From a virus (Duplodnaviria; Caudoviricetes): a stretch of 56,403 nt of DNA. The stretch's first letter is position 1. Each line of letters opens with the position of its first letter. The stretch spans positions 1-56,403 of the IMG/VR virus record IMGVR_UViG_3300048584_000026. One strand, given 5' to 3'. The notes below the pieces were generated by a model. The model was not told the origin of the DNA and ran no database searches. It was given only the letters and a program-made list of their open reading frames with translations. The position numbers and the translations under genes are program-made. This document shows positions 36,679-47,058 of this stretch, one piece after another.

Positions 36679-36874
36679 TATCAGCCTCCCGGCGCGCGGC
36701 CTCTACCGGACGCAGAGCCATGGGATCGCCGGTCGCAATGAAATCATCCGCCGGTCGGCCAGCGGCCACGAATTGAGACCATGACCAGCCGCGCGCGGCA
36801 AACCACACTCGGGTCCCCTTCGTGCAGAGTTTAGCTTGCCGGATGTGCCGGATGTGAACGACGAGATCGGACAT
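36668..36874 (-). CDS. Small tail assembly protein
   Basis: HIRQAKLCTKGTRVWF...ATGDPMA. Confidence 0.7.
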   Translation of the reverse strand: MSDLVVHIRHIRQAKLCTKGTRVWFAARGWSWSQFVAAGRPADDFIATGDPMALRPVEAARREADNGC

Positions 36875-37107
36875 CACTTCTTGCCCTTCGACTTGATCTT
36901 GGTCGTGCGGTAGTTGCCGTACCAGAGGACCATCCAGCCTTCGGTCCAACAATCGCCGAAGAACACCGCCTGCGGCGTCCCTTCGTCGGCCTGAGGAAAA
37001 TCGAAGTCCTCCAATGCAGCGGGCTTCTGGTTCTGCGGACGGACGAGGAGCGACTGGATTGCAACCGAAGCGACCAAGAACACCAAGGCCCAAGCAAACA
37101 TCGGCAT
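36874..37107 (-). CDS. Small tail-tip protein
   Basis: Hydrophobic N-terminus; DFDFPQADEGTPQAVFFG. Confidence 0.7.
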   Translation of the reverse strand: MPMFAWALVFLVASVAIQSLLVRPQNQKPAALEDFDFPQADEGTPQAVFFGDCWTEGWMVLWYGNYRTTKIKSKGKK

Positions 37108-37117
37108 GGCGAAACTC

Positions 37118-37936
37118 CTAAAAGACTGGCGACCCGTCAAAAGGCGACTTACCCGGTAGGTGCGGGAAGCCGCCGAAATTGGCGAGGTTGTCAAACCGCT
37201 TGCACGAAGCCGTGTCGCGGGAGCAACCCGGATAGAGCGTTACCTCACTCCCGAGCGAAAGTCCACTGGTCGATCCGAAAACCCGGAAATCATTTCCGTT
37301 CTGGAACTCTATCCCGTATCGCTGGAAGCTCCCGTCCTCGCGGATGAACTCAGCGAAGCCCCCGGTAAAGCTCCCTTCGGCGGGGGGAAGGTACGTCGTG
37401 ACGGTGAAGTTGGTCCCGCTCAGGGTCTCGATGGTGTGGGGATAGGCGTGGAGACTCTTGTTCACACGGCAACCGAACTCGGAGTACAGGACGTGGGGAC
37501 ACATCCGCCCCCATGCCAGCCGAAGGCCCTGCCGGTCGTACGACCCCCCTAGAGACCGGCAAGTCATCTGCGCAGCCGCTTGGTTATCGGCCACGGCGGC
37601 GTTCACGACCGTCCCGGACCAGAGCAGCGGTGTCTCCTCGTCCGGGTCGCCGATGTGCCAGCGCCGAACCGAGAGCCAGACTTTACCGGAAAGCTGTCCG
37701 TTCCGGAAGATCGCTGCGACCGGGTTGTCTGCTTGCACGGTGATCTGCAAGTCGTTTTGGTCTGAGCCGCCTTGTGTCACGCCTTCGTCCGAGATCACTT
37801 GCGCAGTCCAGACGTGGCCGTTTACCGTGCGGTCCTCGTCGTCCGTGCAGTAGCGCCAGTACGTGTTTCCATACCGGAACTCATACAGGGCAACCGGGCG
37901 AGCCTGTTGATTGGAGATTTCGAGCGGGCTGAACAC
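37118..37936 (-). CDS. Tail hub protein (DUF2163/BR0599-like)
   Basis: CPHVLY..C and PGCSRDTASCKRFDNLANFGGFPHLP. Confidence 0.85.
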   Translation of the reverse strand: MFSPLEISNQQARPVALYEFRYGNTYWRYCTDDEDRTVNGHVWTAQVISDEGVTQGGSDQNDLQITVQADNPVAAIFRNGQLSGKVWLSVRRWHIGDPDEETPLLWSGTVVNAAVADNQAAAQMTCRSLGGSYDRQGLRLAWGRMCPHVLYSEFGCRVNKSLHAYPHTIETLSGTNFTVTTYLPPAEGSFTGGFAEFIREDGSFQRYGIEFQNGNDFRVFGSTSGLSLGSEVTLYPGCSRDTASCKRFDNLANFGGFPHLPGKSPFDGSPVF

Positions 37937-37948
37937 GGTGGAATCCTT

Positions 37949-39652
37949 TTAGGGCAGATCGAAGAACCAGCGGAGCGGGAAAATCTCGCCCAGTGTGAAG
38001 TATCCGCCGACGAGGGGCGACATGCTGTGCGACCCGGCTTTGGGGTAGATGATACGGTAGGCGCTATCTCCGAAGCGACGGTACCGTACTCGGGCCTGCG
38101 CGTTCGGGTACGGCCCGAGACTGGTGTTGGCAAACTGCATCTGGAGAGTGAACCCCTGAGGTTCGAGGTCCTGTGAAGTCCAGACAGCTTCGAAAAACTG
38201 CGGCGGATTTCGAGCCGTCACTTCGTCCTCGGGCGGCATGACGAAGTAGAAGTCCGCTGACTCGTCGTCCGTGCGATCAATAGACGGGCCGTCATCCGGG
38301 TCTATGATGAAGCCGAGCGTGGGCAAACTGAGGCCATAGTCGCGCCACTGGACCTGTATCCGGACGTACCACGGCGGGGTCCCGCAGGCGTCCTCGTCCA
38401 TGGCTGCCGTCTGAACCGGAAACGAGATCGGCAGCGGGGCCGAGCGGACATTCTTGAACGTCCGGAACAGCGCCCCGCTTTCGTGGTGTGCGTCAACCCC
38501 GCCGTAATGCACGATCTCGAAATCATCGGTATCGAACCGGGCGGCATCCACGAAGCTGATCCGTTGGACAAGACCCGGCGAGAGGGCTAGACCCAGCGGG
38601 GCGTCTAGGTTCAGGCGCTCCGTGGCGTCGGTCAGGCCGGGCGACACGGATACGATACGGCGGATAAGGGTCCCGGTGCTGTGCTTGATCGCGATGTAGT
38701 TGCGACCGCTCTGCGGGCCTTGGGTGTATCCGTAGCCGACGTTCTCTACCGTGATCTGGCTGGACGCCGACGGCGGAGAGTTCACCAGCCGTAGATCGGC
38801 TTTGAACGTCGGCAGCCAGAACGCGCCCTGACGGCCCCGGTGCCTATAGATAAGATCACGGAACGCCGCAAGCCGTTCCTTGCCGGGCAAGAACCACCTG
38901 TGCGCCTGACCCATGAGCGCGCGCAGCAGCGGGTCAGTCTGGTAGGTCAGGCCGATCCCGGTATCCAACAACTGCACGTCCCGGTCAAGAGTCGCGTCGA
39001 GATCGTCTACCCAGTTGGGTTCTTCCAAGAACACCGGCAGACCCGCGTAGGTCGGCGAAGGATCGGCGGCAGGCTCCCACGGGTTAGCCCCGACGAGTCG
39101 GAACTGGGCCGACACGGTAGCCACCCCGGCTGTCTTGTGCGCCATGTTCCCGAACTGGTCGATCACGGCCCGGCGCAAAGGCAGGAGTTTGGTCCCCAGC
39201 GGCCACGGGCGAGTGACGGGCGCTGCCAGAGTGACGCCTTCGTCGTCCACGGACGCGATCTCGACGACCTCGTAGAAGCGCGCGTCCTTGCCGGTCAGGA
39301 TCGCCAGCTTGCCTTCGTGGTACTGCCACTCACGCAGCCGCGTGTCGAAGTCGATCCGGTCGCTCACCGTGGCCGTGAGAGGCTGGGCGAGGGTCACAGT
39401 CTCCCAGTGCAGGGGTACCGTGACCTCGCCGCCGCCGAGACGGTTCATAAACAGATCGCAGAACGTGCGCTCAGGTCCCCGGAGCAGGAAGTCTGCTTCG
39501 AAGGTGCGCCGGGGCGTGGATCGCAGGGAAAGCCGCTGCTCGGCCCCTTGAGAGGACGTGAGAACGCTGGTGAGGAACGACACGCGCTCCACCATAGGCT
39601 CCCGCCAGTTCGGGCGGAACGAAAAGACAGGGAGATCGCTATCGCTCGTCAC
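37949..39652 (-). CDS. Distal tail protein
   Basis: PNWREPMVERVSFLTSVL...GAEQR; RGRQGAFWLPT; follows the tape measure gene. Confidence 0.75.
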   Translation of the reverse strand: MTSDSDLPVFSFRPNWREPMVERVSFLTSVLTSSQGAEQRLSLRSTPRRTFEADFLLRGPERTFCDLFMNRLGGGEVTVPLHWETVTLAQPLTATVSDRIDFDTRLREWQYHEGKLAILTGKDARFYEVVEIASVDDEGVTLAAPVTRPWPLGTKLLPLRRAVIDQFGNMAHKTAGVATVSAQFRLVGANPWEPAADPSPTYAGLPVFLEEPNWVDDLDATLDRDVQLLDTGIGLTYQTDPLLRALMGQAHRWFLPGKERLAAFRDLIYRHRGRQGAFWLPTFKADLRLVNSPPSASSQITVENVGYGYTQGPQSGRNYIAIKHSTGTLIRRIVSVSPGLTDATERLNLDAPLGLALSPGLVQRISFVDAARFDTDDFEIVHYGGVDAHHESGALFRTFKNVRSAPLPISFPVQTAAMDEDACGTPPWYVRIQVQWRDYGLSLPTLGFIIDPDDGPSIDRTDDESADFYFVMPPEDEVTARNPPQFFEAVWTSQDLEPQGFTLQMQFANTSLGPYPNAQARVRYRRFGDSAYRIIYPKAGSHSMSPLVGGYFTLGEIFPLRWFFDLP

Positions 39653-42600
39653 TTGAGAACCTGCTTGATGGTGTCCTTGTTCTGCCGAATCACGGTCAGG
39701 ATCGACTTCTGCCCAGACCGGCTCTGCATAGCGTTAGGGACTGCGCCCGGATCAAGCAACAGCACTTGCTTGATGTTGCTGCCGCCGCTGTCTCCGCCGC
39801 CGCCTTTGCCCAGATTCCGGATGTGCCGAGGATCGTCCTCGGTCAGGACCTCCTCGCCCCGCTGGAGGACCGCCTTGTACTCGTCCGGGCGCAGACCCAT
39901 GCCCCCGCCTCCATGGAACTTGGGCGCTCCGAGCCAGCTATTGCTGCCGCCCGTGCGCCGCTGACGGCTGGCCCCGCGACTGCCGACCACGCCGCCGTCG
40001 TGGAACAGGAAGGACAGCAAGCCGCCGCCTCCGCCCCCAGCCGGGACGCCAAGGATCGACTGAGCGATCTGCAAGGCGATCATCTGGATAAGCACTTGGG
40101 CGATGGCCTCAAGGATGCTGCCGAACACACTCAATGCGGTGCGCCCGAGGTTGCCCAGCGCGTCCCCGAAGCTCTCCGTACCCGAGATCAGGCCGAAGAT
40201 AGACTGAGCTACCGCGTTGAACGCCTGCGCCACCCCATTCTGGATCGCCTGAGAGGCCGCTGCGTTGACTTGCTGCAAGCGAGGGTCGATCTGGGCCAGA
40301 CCAGCCTCTACCGCGTCCAGACGGGCCAGCCATGTCGCGTAGGCAATGTCCGTGAGGACCGGCAGATTGGTCAGCGGGTCGATAGTCGCGTTCAGGAGCG
40401 CCGCCTGCTCGCGCAACTTGGTCAGGACTGGCTCAATGGCCGCTGCCTGCTGGGCGTATGCCTCGGTCGTGAGGTCCCGCACTTCGGCGTCCGTACGCAG
40501 GCCAAGCTCGAACAACGCCTGATACGACCGCACGAGTTCGTCCCGCTCGCGAATCAGCGTATCGAGTTCGGCACCAGCCGCCTCGAATCCCGCAAGCCCG
40601 ATGTCTGCCGCAGCGCGGTCGATGGCCTCCCCGGAGATAATGCGTTCGAGAGAAGCGATCCACGAAACCATTTCCGGCGACGGCGTAGCCCCGGCGATAG
40701 CGCGCGCAACGGCCAGTGCCTTTTCAGCAGCGGTCACGATCTGGGGCGACAACCGGCGCGTCACTTCCTCGGCCTGTGCCATAGCCTCCGTCGTCGAGAT
40801 CGCCCCGCGCGCCTGAGCCTCGGAGATACGCTCAAGCTCGGCCACGCGCTGCTTGTCGAGCAGGGCAGCCTGCTCTTGGAAGAACTTGATGCGTTCCTCG
40901 TCTTTGAGGCGCTGCTTGGTGGCTTCGACCTGACGCTCGATGGCCTCGAACGACATGCCGTCCTCGCTCGCGGTCAGACCGAGACCACGCGCCCGCTCAA
41001 GGCTATCGGCGATGTTCTCGTACTTCTCGTCGATAGCCGTCAGGCGCTCCTCCAACGAAGCCGAGACGCCTGCGAAAGCTGCCCGGTTCAACTGGCGAAG
41101 CTGACCCTCCAACTGACGCAGAGCCGATTCACGTTTGCGATCTTCGGCAGCCTGCGCACGGGCCGCCCGGTTCTGCGCCGCTGCTGCTCGGCGGCTGGAG
41201 GCGTTCGCACTACGGGACGACTTCGCATTTTCGTCATTGATCTTGCGCTGCTCGGCAGCCGTCGCCTGCTGGACCGCACGATCCTCCAAGGCTTTGCTGA
41301 CGCCTGCGTTCTGGGCGCGACGGCGGGCGTCTACCTCTACCCGGCGAAGCCGCTCCTCCTTGGTGAGTTCCCGGCTGGACTCAACCTCGTCGTCAAGCTC
41401 CTGCCGGAACCGGCGATCCCGAATCTGCTGATCGCTCGCTCCTCGGGCCGGGGCCGGGGTCAGGCCGCGCTGCTTCCGGATGACCTCGAAAGCGTCCTCC
41501 TGTGCGCCTGCGATGCCTTTACCAGCCAGCAGGCCGGTCAGGAACGTGAAGCCCACAATGGCCGAATTTACCCGGCTCTCGATGCCATCCAGAATAGGGC
41601 CGAAGATACGACCGAGGAAGTCAGCGAAATTGCTGAACGCGCTCTGGAGGTTCTTGACCGCCGGAGTCCACTCGGACTGGGTTGCCTTGGCGATCTGGGC
41701 GTTACGCTCGGCCACGCGGTCAAGCACGAACTGGCGCGCTTCGCCTGCCTTGCCAGCCTCAAACAGAGCTTGCGCGTGATCCAGATCGGCTTCGGTGAGA
41801 TCGTTCGTCCGTTCGGCAAGCTCCAGAACCGCGTCGATCCCGCCTTGCTGGACATCGACGAGCAACTGCGTTGCCTCCACCACGTCGATCCCCAGCCGCT
41901 CTGCCAGCCGCCCGGCGGCCTCGGCGTAGGTCTCGATGGAGTCGGTGTCGAAGCCCTCCTCCACGAGCAGGAGCATGGCGCTGCGGGCCTCGTCAGCGGA
42001 CTTGGCAACCCCCTCCAGTTTCTCCTGTGCATCGGCAAAGCGTTCGGCGTCGATCCCGGCACCCAGCGGCGCGGCAGCAAGGTCCTCCTGCGCCTTCTTG
42101 AGTCGTTCAGCGTCTTGGGCAAGCTCGAAAAACGCAGCGCCGACCGCGACCGCGATAGCGATAAGCGGGAAGAACCGCAGGACCAGCTTAGCGACACTGG
42201 AGATCAGGCCGGGGAAAATCTGGCTGATCTGGGAACCCTGCTGGATAAGAACCGTGAGCGGGTTCTGGCCCGCCTGCAAGCTCACGAAGATGTCTTGAAG
42301 CTGGAAGTTCAGGTTCGCCAGATCATTCGGCTTGAGGCCGAACAAGGCGTTGGTCTCCCGGCCCCCGCGCCCGAGAGACGTGTTGATCCGGTCCGTAGCC
42401 ACGCTAACGCGCTGCGCCGCAGCCTCCAGTCGTGCTTGCTCGTTTGCCAGATCGGCGGTGCTGATACCGGCCCGGCGAAGCGACTGCCCCAACTGGTCGA
42501 GCCGGTTGTCCTCTATAGCCAGAGCGCGCCCGGTTTGCTCCAGACGGGCTTCGGCCTGCCGAAGTGAGTTCGCAAGCTCCTCGGTCGGCTTCTCGGCCTG

Positions 42601-43875
42601 TACCATGGCGAGAGCGAACCGCTGCACGTCTGCCTGCGCCGCCGCAAACTCAGTACGGGCTGCGTCGGTAGCGGCGGCCTGATCGCGGAACTGGTCCACC
42701 AGACTGCCCTGCTGGACCAAGGCCGCCGACGCGGCAGCGAGATCGTTGTACGCTTCGTTCAGCTTCCCGACGTTGGTGACGCCTTCGGCAGAAGCAGCGT
42801 CCGCCGTCGCGATGGCCGCTTCAACCCCATCCAGAGTCTTGAGCGCCGCCTGTCCCGGATCAATGATAGCCCGGAGGCCAGCGGCCACTTGCGAGGACGA
42901 GCCTGCCAGCAGTTGCCCGGACTGGGCAAAGCGGGTCATGTCGTTGCTCGCTTCCAGCGCCATCTGACCGACGGCACGGAACCCGGTCAGGGCGCTAAGC
43001 TGGTTCTCGGCGACCGCGACCGAGTTCACGGAATCGGCGAACAGCTTCACGAACCGGCTGGCGTCCCCGAGGCGCTGAGCTTCGGAGATTTTCGTGTCGA
43101 ACGCCTGCTGCTGGGCAAGCTGCTTTTCGGCCTGAGCGATCTCGGTAATCAGCGCCGCCCGGCGAGCAGCCGCCTCCTGCTGCGCCCGGACCTCACCATC
43201 TGCCAGCGCCTTCCGCTCGGCAGCCTCCAGCCGGGCAAGCTCGGTCTCCTGCCGCTGAGCCTTTGCAGCGTCCTCGCGGGCCTTGGTTTCCCGCTGCTTG
43301 GCAGCCGCGATATTCGCGGCATAGTCCGAGACTGCCGCGTTGACCTGAGACAGCCCTGCGCCGATCTGGCGAGCGGTGTTTACGACGCCAGCCTGCGCAG
43401 AATCGAGATCGCGCGTAGCGATACCGGCGCGGTCCAGCACGGCCACTTGCTCGGCGAGGTCTGCTTTGTTCTTGTCTACGGCTGCCGAAGTCCGGACCAC
43501 GGCATTTTCGAGCCGCTGCATCTGCTGCTCTTGGCGGGCCGTGGCTTCGCCGGACGCAGCGATCTCGGCCTTAAGGGCTGCGAGGTCGGCCTTAGCTTTG
43601 TCCGCTGCTGCCGCCACCTTGTCCGAGGTTGCGGCGAGGCGGGTGTAAGAGTCGATCTGGCCTTGGATCGCCGAGAGGTCACGCCCAGCCTGAGCAAGCG
43701 CCTCCTGCGTCTGCCGCAGTTCTTGGAGGCTGATCTCGCCCGACTGGGCTGCCTTGACCTGTTCTGCGATCTTGCTGTTCAGCGTGTCGATGTTTGCGAC
43801 GACTTGCTGGAAGGAGCGCCCGGTCGTCTCCTTCGCCGAGATCAGCAGTTCAATGTCGCGCCGGGTAGTTGCCAT
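39649..43875 (-). CDS. Tape measure protein
   Basis: 1408-aa Ala-rich helical protein; QLQDIFVSLQAGQNPLTVLIQQGSQI; C-terminal FHDGG/KFHGGG. Confidence 0.93.
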   Translation of the reverse strand: MATTRRDIELLISAKETTGRSFQQVVANIDTLNSKIAEQVKAAQSGEISLQELRQTQEALAQAGRDLSAIQGQIDSYTRLAATSDKVAAAADKAKADLAALKAEIAASGEATARQEQQMQRLENAVVRTSAAVDKNKADLAEQVAVLDRAGIATRDLDSAQAGVVNTARQIGAGLSQVNAAVSDYAANIAAAKQRETKAREDAAKAQRQETELARLEAAERKALADGEVRAQQEAAARRAALITEIAQAEKQLAQQQAFDTKISEAQRLGDASRFVKLFADSVNSVAVAENQLSALTGFRAVGQMALEASNDMTRFAQSGQLLAGSSSQVAAGLRAIIDPGQAALKTLDGVEAAIATADAASAEGVTNVGKLNEAYNDLAAASAALVQQGSLVDQFRDQAAATDAARTEFAAAQADVQRFALAMVQAEKPTEELANSLRQAEARLEQTGRALAIEDNRLDQLGQSLRRAGISTADLANEQARLEAAAQRVSVATDRINTSLGRGGRETNALFGLKPNDLANLNFQLQDIFVSLQAGQNPLTVLIQQGSQISQIFPGLISSVAKLVLRFFPLIAIAVAVGAAFFELAQDAERLKKAQEDLAAAPLGAGIDAERFADAQEKLEGVAKSADEARSAMLLLVEEGFDTDSIETYAEAAGRLAERLGIDVVEATQLLVDVQQGGIDAVLELAERTNDLTEADLDHAQALFEAGKAGEARQFVLDRVAERNAQIAKATQSEWTPAVKNLQSAFSNFADFLGRIFGPILDGIESRVNSAIVGFTFLTGLLAGKGIAGAQEDAFEVIRKQRGLTPAPARGASDQQIRDRRFRQELDDEVESSRELTKEERLRRVEVDARRRAQNAGVSKALEDRAVQQATAAEQRKINDENAKSSRSANASSRRAAAAQNRAARAQAAEDRKRESALRQLEGQLRQLNRAAFAGVSASLEERLTAIDEKYENIADSLERARGLGLTASEDGMSFEAIERQVEATKQRLKDEERIKFFQEQAALLDKQRVAELERISEAQARGAISTTEAMAQAEEVTRRLSPQIVTAAEKALAVARAIAGATPSPEMVSWIASLERIISGEAIDRAAADIGLAGFEAAGAELDTLIRERDELVRSYQALFELGLRTDAEVRDLTTEAYAQQAAAIEPVLTKLREQAALLNATIDPLTNLPVLTDIAYATWLARLDAVEAGLAQIDPRLQQVNAAASQAIQNGVAQAFNAVAQSIFGLISGTESFGDALGNLGRTALSVFGSILEAIAQVLIQMIALQIAQSILGVPAGGGGGGLLSFLFHDGGVVGSRGASRQRRTGGSNSWLGAPKFHGGGGMGLRPDEYKAVLQRGEEVLTEDDPRHIRNLGKGGGGDSGGSNIKQVLLLDPGAVPNAMQSRSGQKSILTVIRQNKDTIKQVLK

Positions 43876-43880
43876 CTCGC

Positions 43881-44195
43881 TTAGTCCTCAAGCTCGCGCA
43901 GTAGTTTCTCGAACGCCTTTACAGCCTTTTTGCCTCCCATGAAAGAAGCAGACGCGACATGCTGGTCTGCAATCATCTGGAAAGCCATCTCTCGGCGCTT
44001 GACGGTTCGAAGAAGTTCTTCCTCGTTGGCAAGCTTGCCGAGAGCGTATCGGTGTGCGTCCGGGTGGCCGTTTGCCTTTAGGTGGCTGACGGTTTCGCGG
44101 ATGTTGCGATAATAGTCTGCAACGATGTCATCAGGGGTCCCGGCGGAAGGCCGTTTGCCTCCAGCAGACTTGCCACGACCCCCGCGAGCTTTCCC
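43881..44195 (-). CDS. -1 frameshift extension of the tail assembly chaperone (gpT-like)
   Basis: GGGAAAG slippery site at 44189-44195; the -1 frame is open to TAA at 43881 (…NGHPDAHRYALGK…LLRELED). Confidence 0.8.
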   Translation of the reverse strand, partial: GKARGGRGKSAGGKRPSAGTPDDIVADYYRNIRETVSHLKANGHPDAHRYALGKLANEEELLRTVKRREMAFQMIADQHVASASFMGGKKAVKAFEKLLRELED

Positions 44196-44560
44196 AACTC
44201 GATCCCGCCATCCTCGACCGAGAGCAGCGCGATTGCCTTGAGAGCTTCGATCTGCTTCACGAATGACAGTCGCCGGAACTTCTCAACATCGTCCGGCGAT
44301 TCTGCTTCGGCGCAACGGGAAATGATTTCCACGACCATAGACGGGAAGTCCTTGGCAAGCTCCATGACCAGATCGGCCACGCGGTCCTTCGGGAGGACCG
44401 GGCGCTTACCAGAGTACTTGGAGACGACCTTCTTCATGTCCTCCAGATAGTGCATCGTGAGGAACGTCACGTCCTCCGAGTTCATGCCCCGGACGGTGAA
44501 GAAGCCGCCCTTGGAGCCTACCTCGATCCGGGTAGTCTCGATCTCAAAATTAACTGCCAT
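44078..44560 (-). CDS. Tail assembly chaperone (gpG-like)
   Basis: Between major tail and tape measure genes; AGGAGTCGA RBS. Confidence 0.8.
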   Translation of the reverse strand: MAVNFEIETTRIEVGSKGGFFTVRGMNSEDVTFLTMHYLEDMKKVVSKYSGKRPVLPKDRVADLVMELAKDFPSMVVEIISRCAEAESPDDVEKFRRLSFVKQIEALKAIALLSVEDGGIELGKLAGVVASLLEANGLPPGPLMTSLQTIIATSAKPSAT

Positions 44561-44583
44561 ATCGACTCCTGTTGGTAACACGG

Positions 44584-44614
44584 AAAAGGCGGCCCCGGAG
44601 GACCGCCTTCCCTT
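44584..44614 (-). terminator. Terminator after the major tail gene
   Basis: Minus strand AAGGCGGTCCTCCGGGGCCGCCTTTT. Confidence 0.65.
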
Positions 44615-44643
44615 TGCGTCCTGCCCTCTGTGGAGCAGGCAGA

Positions 44644-45435
44644 TTACGCGGTGACGGGCCGCCCGTCAATGTAGTGCTTGAACAGCCCTGCCTTGCGCAG
44701 GACTTCCCCGGTGAACGACATCTCGCTCCACGAGTCGGCCTTGAACTCGTAGTCGCCATCCGGCGAGAGTTCGACCAGCGGCCAGTAGTCGTCGCGGTTG
44801 ACGCCTGCGGTGTTGTCCGCGATGTAGCGCAGCGCGCCCCGGATCGTCTCGCCCTTGGAGATGATGACGGTTCGCGAGTGGGCCGCGATGTCGTAGGTGA
44901 CGATGATCGAGTCGCCGTCAGTGATGTCCGGGGCATCTTCCTTGATGTAGATGCGGCCCAGTTCGAGATCGACCTCGTAGTTCGCGCCGCCCGCGCCGCC
45001 GGGGATGGCCGCCGGAGTCGGGGTGGCATCATTGGTCACGGAGTCGATGGTCACGGAGCGCGCGCCGGTCGGGCTGAGCGCCGAAACGCCAAGCTGGTAC
45101 CAGCGGCCACGGAGGACGGTCAGGGTGTCAACCTCGTTGGTCGCGGCAGAGACGGCAAGCTGCTCGGCGGTACCCTTCCAGAGCATCGCGAGGTTTTCCG
45201 GCTGGATGTCGTCCGTGGTGAAGCCGACGGTCTGGTCCGACTGGGTGACAACCGAAGCGTCCTTGTCGCGTTCCTTCTCGTCAGACGAGAAGTGTTCTTC
45301 GCGGGTCTCGTCGGTCGATCCGGTCAAGCTGGTCGTGTTGCCGATGTAGAACTCGCCGGTCAGGTTGTCATTTTCGTCCATGCGGTCGAAATAGAGCTTA
45401 CCAGCCCCGAGAGTGTAGTTCTTCGTGCGCGCCAT
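44644..45435 (-). CDS. Major tail tube protein
   Basis: NYTLGAGKLYF...YIGNT...LSPDGDYEFK...MSFTGEVL. Confidence 0.85.
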   Translation of the reverse strand: MARTKNYTLGAGKLYFDRMDENDNLTGEFYIGNTTSLTGSTDETREEHFSSDEKERDKDASVVTQSDQTVGFTTDDIQPENLAMLWKGTAEQLAVSAATNEVDTLTVLRGRWYQLGVSALSPTGARSVTIDSVTNDATPTPAAIPGGAGGANYEVDLELGRIYIKEDAPDITDGDSIIVTYDIAAHSRTVIISKGETIRGALRYIADNTAGVNRDDYWPLVELSPDGDYEFKADSWSEMSFTGEVLRKAGLFKHYIDGRPVTA

Positions 45436-45437
45436 GG

Positions 45438-45986
45438 TCAATTCTCCTCAACAAAGGGCATAGCAAGGTCAGTCACATTCCCGACTGAGATGGGCATGTA
45501 GAAGTATGCGGTGTCTGATACAGCATCTTTGCCCGGTCGCACAATAGGAATTTGATACCGGACATCAGCGACAAGTCCCCCGAGTCGCCACTCATTCGGG
45601 TAGAGGCCCCCACGGCCTCCGTTTTTCTTCTCCGTGGTGATGCGGGCGAGCCGCATCTGGGTCCACGCCAGAAGCGAGTACGCCGGGTCGAGCGGGTGCT
45701 TCTGATCGTCGTTCGCGAAGCCTTGGATAAGTATGGTCCAGTCCTCGCCCTGTATCAGGCCCACGCCCGCGCCGTTAGGGTCAAGCTGGCGAGGGGCCTC
45801 CAGAATAGCGAGAAACGGGTTCTGCACTTCGTCACCGAACTCAAGCCGACCGCGAAAGACGCTGGAACTCAGATCGTACGGGCAGACAACCCCCTGCATC
45901 TCGTCGGGTAGATCGGTCCAGTCTGGCGTGATCCCCTCAAGATGGGAGGTCAACGCTTTCAGAATTGCGAGCTTCTTGGAAATCAT
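45438..45986 (-). CDS. Tail terminator-like protein
   Basis: VFRGRLEFG; position before the major tail gene. Confidence 0.7.
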   Translation of the reverse strand: MISKKLAILKALTSHLEGITPDWTDLPDEMQGVVCPYDLSSSVFRGRLEFGDEVQNPFLAILEAPRQLDPNGAGVGLIQGEDWTILIQGFANDDQKHPLDPAYSLLAWTQMRLARITTEKKNGGRGGLYPNEWRLGGLVADVRYQIPIVRPGKDAVSDTAYFYMPISVGNVTDLAMPFVEEN

Positions 45987-45995
45987 TTCACAACC

Positions 45996-46625
45996 TCACT
46001 GACCGCCGCTGAGCCTGACATATTGGCGAACGAACTCTCTCTGGAGGTCGTCCGCGATTCGGGGACTTTCGGCCACGCTGACTTCGCGGAACACCTGATC
46101 CACGGACGGCCCGTACAGCAAATACAGGTCCGGCGCTAGTTGTACACCTTGTCCGCCCTTCTTGCGTCCCCGGAGCGTCTGCCCCGGCTGGAGCCGGATC
46201 GCAAGGCCCACGTTGAACCCGTCGCTGGTATCCCGCCCTCTACGGAGCTTGACGAAGAACGCGCCGCCGATTCGCCTCGCCCCGCCGGTCGGGTTCACCT
46301 TGACCCGGACGCCCCCGGTGCGGCGCGCGCCCTCAGGGCTATCGTTCGAGAACCGAGCCAGTGAGGTCGGCCTGAACCGCGCGATGATACTGGCCGTCAG
46401 ATCAGCGTTTGTCGCCTTCTTGCTCTGGCCGAACCTCTGCGGGTCCTCCAGATAGCCCGGAGGGAAGGCCGCCTCCTTCTTCATCGCCCGGCGAAGCTGG
46501 GGGACGGCCTTGCGGCCTGCCGTGCTGTTGATAGCGATACGGGCCGCCGACCGCGCGGTGTCCGGCTGGGACCGCAGGAAGTCCTCGATGTCGAGAAGGT
46601 TGACGGCGCTGATTCTGGCGGACAT
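45996..46625 (-). CDS. Tail completion protein (lambda gpZ-like)
   Basis: Basic; LYGPSVDQVF motif. Confidence 0.7.
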   Translation of the reverse strand: MSARISAVNLLDIEDFLRSQPDTARSAARIAINSTAGRKAVPQLRRAMKKEAAFPPGYLEDPQRFGQSKKATNADLTASIIARFRPTSLARFSNDSPEGARRTGGVRVKVNPTGGARRIGGAFFVKLRRGRDTSDGFNVGLAIRLQPGQTLRGRKKGGQGVQLAPDLYLLYGPSVDQVFREVSVAESPRIADDLQREFVRQYVRLSGGQ

Positions 46626-46640
46626 GCCCCGCTCCTCGGT

Positions 46641-47048
46641 CTAGCCCCGCTTGCGGGCCACGACCCACACGGTCTCGCCGGGGCCGTCTGGCGGCTGCTG
46701 GGTGTCCAAGACGAAGATCAGGCCCTTGTAGTCCGGGATCGTGACCTCTGCGGCACGGGAGAGCGCCAGAGGGGCCTCTCCGTTGGCTACCAGAGCAGCG
46801 GAAACCTCGGCCACGTTTTCGTCATGGAAAACCAGCCGGTCGATCCCGTCGATGATCTCGGCGTAGTCGTCGGTCAGGCCGCCGGTACGGTCCAGCTTGT
46901 TGTGGTACCGAACCGTGAGCCGGGGGCCAGTATAGTCGTCGGCGAAGATCAGGCCGTCCGGGTGTGCGTCGTCTACCAGAGACGCGGAAACGGCGAGCCG
47001 TCCGTGAACGGCTCGCCGCGCTTTCGCTTTGATGTCTGCGAAAGACAT
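46641..47048 (-). CDS. Head-tail joining protein
   Basis: KAKARRAVH...; position after the capsid genes. Confidence 0.6.
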   Translation of the reverse strand: MSFADIKAKARRAVHGRLAVSASLVDDAHPDGLIFADDYTGPRLTVRYHNKLDRTGGLTDDYAEIIDGIDRLVFHDENVAEVSAALVANGEAPLALSRAAEVTIPDYKGLIFVLDTQQPPDGPGETVWVVARKRG

Positions 47049-47058
47049 CAGGACGACC

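Noticed and set aside
39766-42567. 933-aa plus-strand ORF (similarly 6603-8303 minus, 47558-48757 plus, 51287-52525 plus, 27429-28784 minus)
   Set aside because: Antisense shadows of well-supported genes, expected in high-GC DNA; no motifs or RBS
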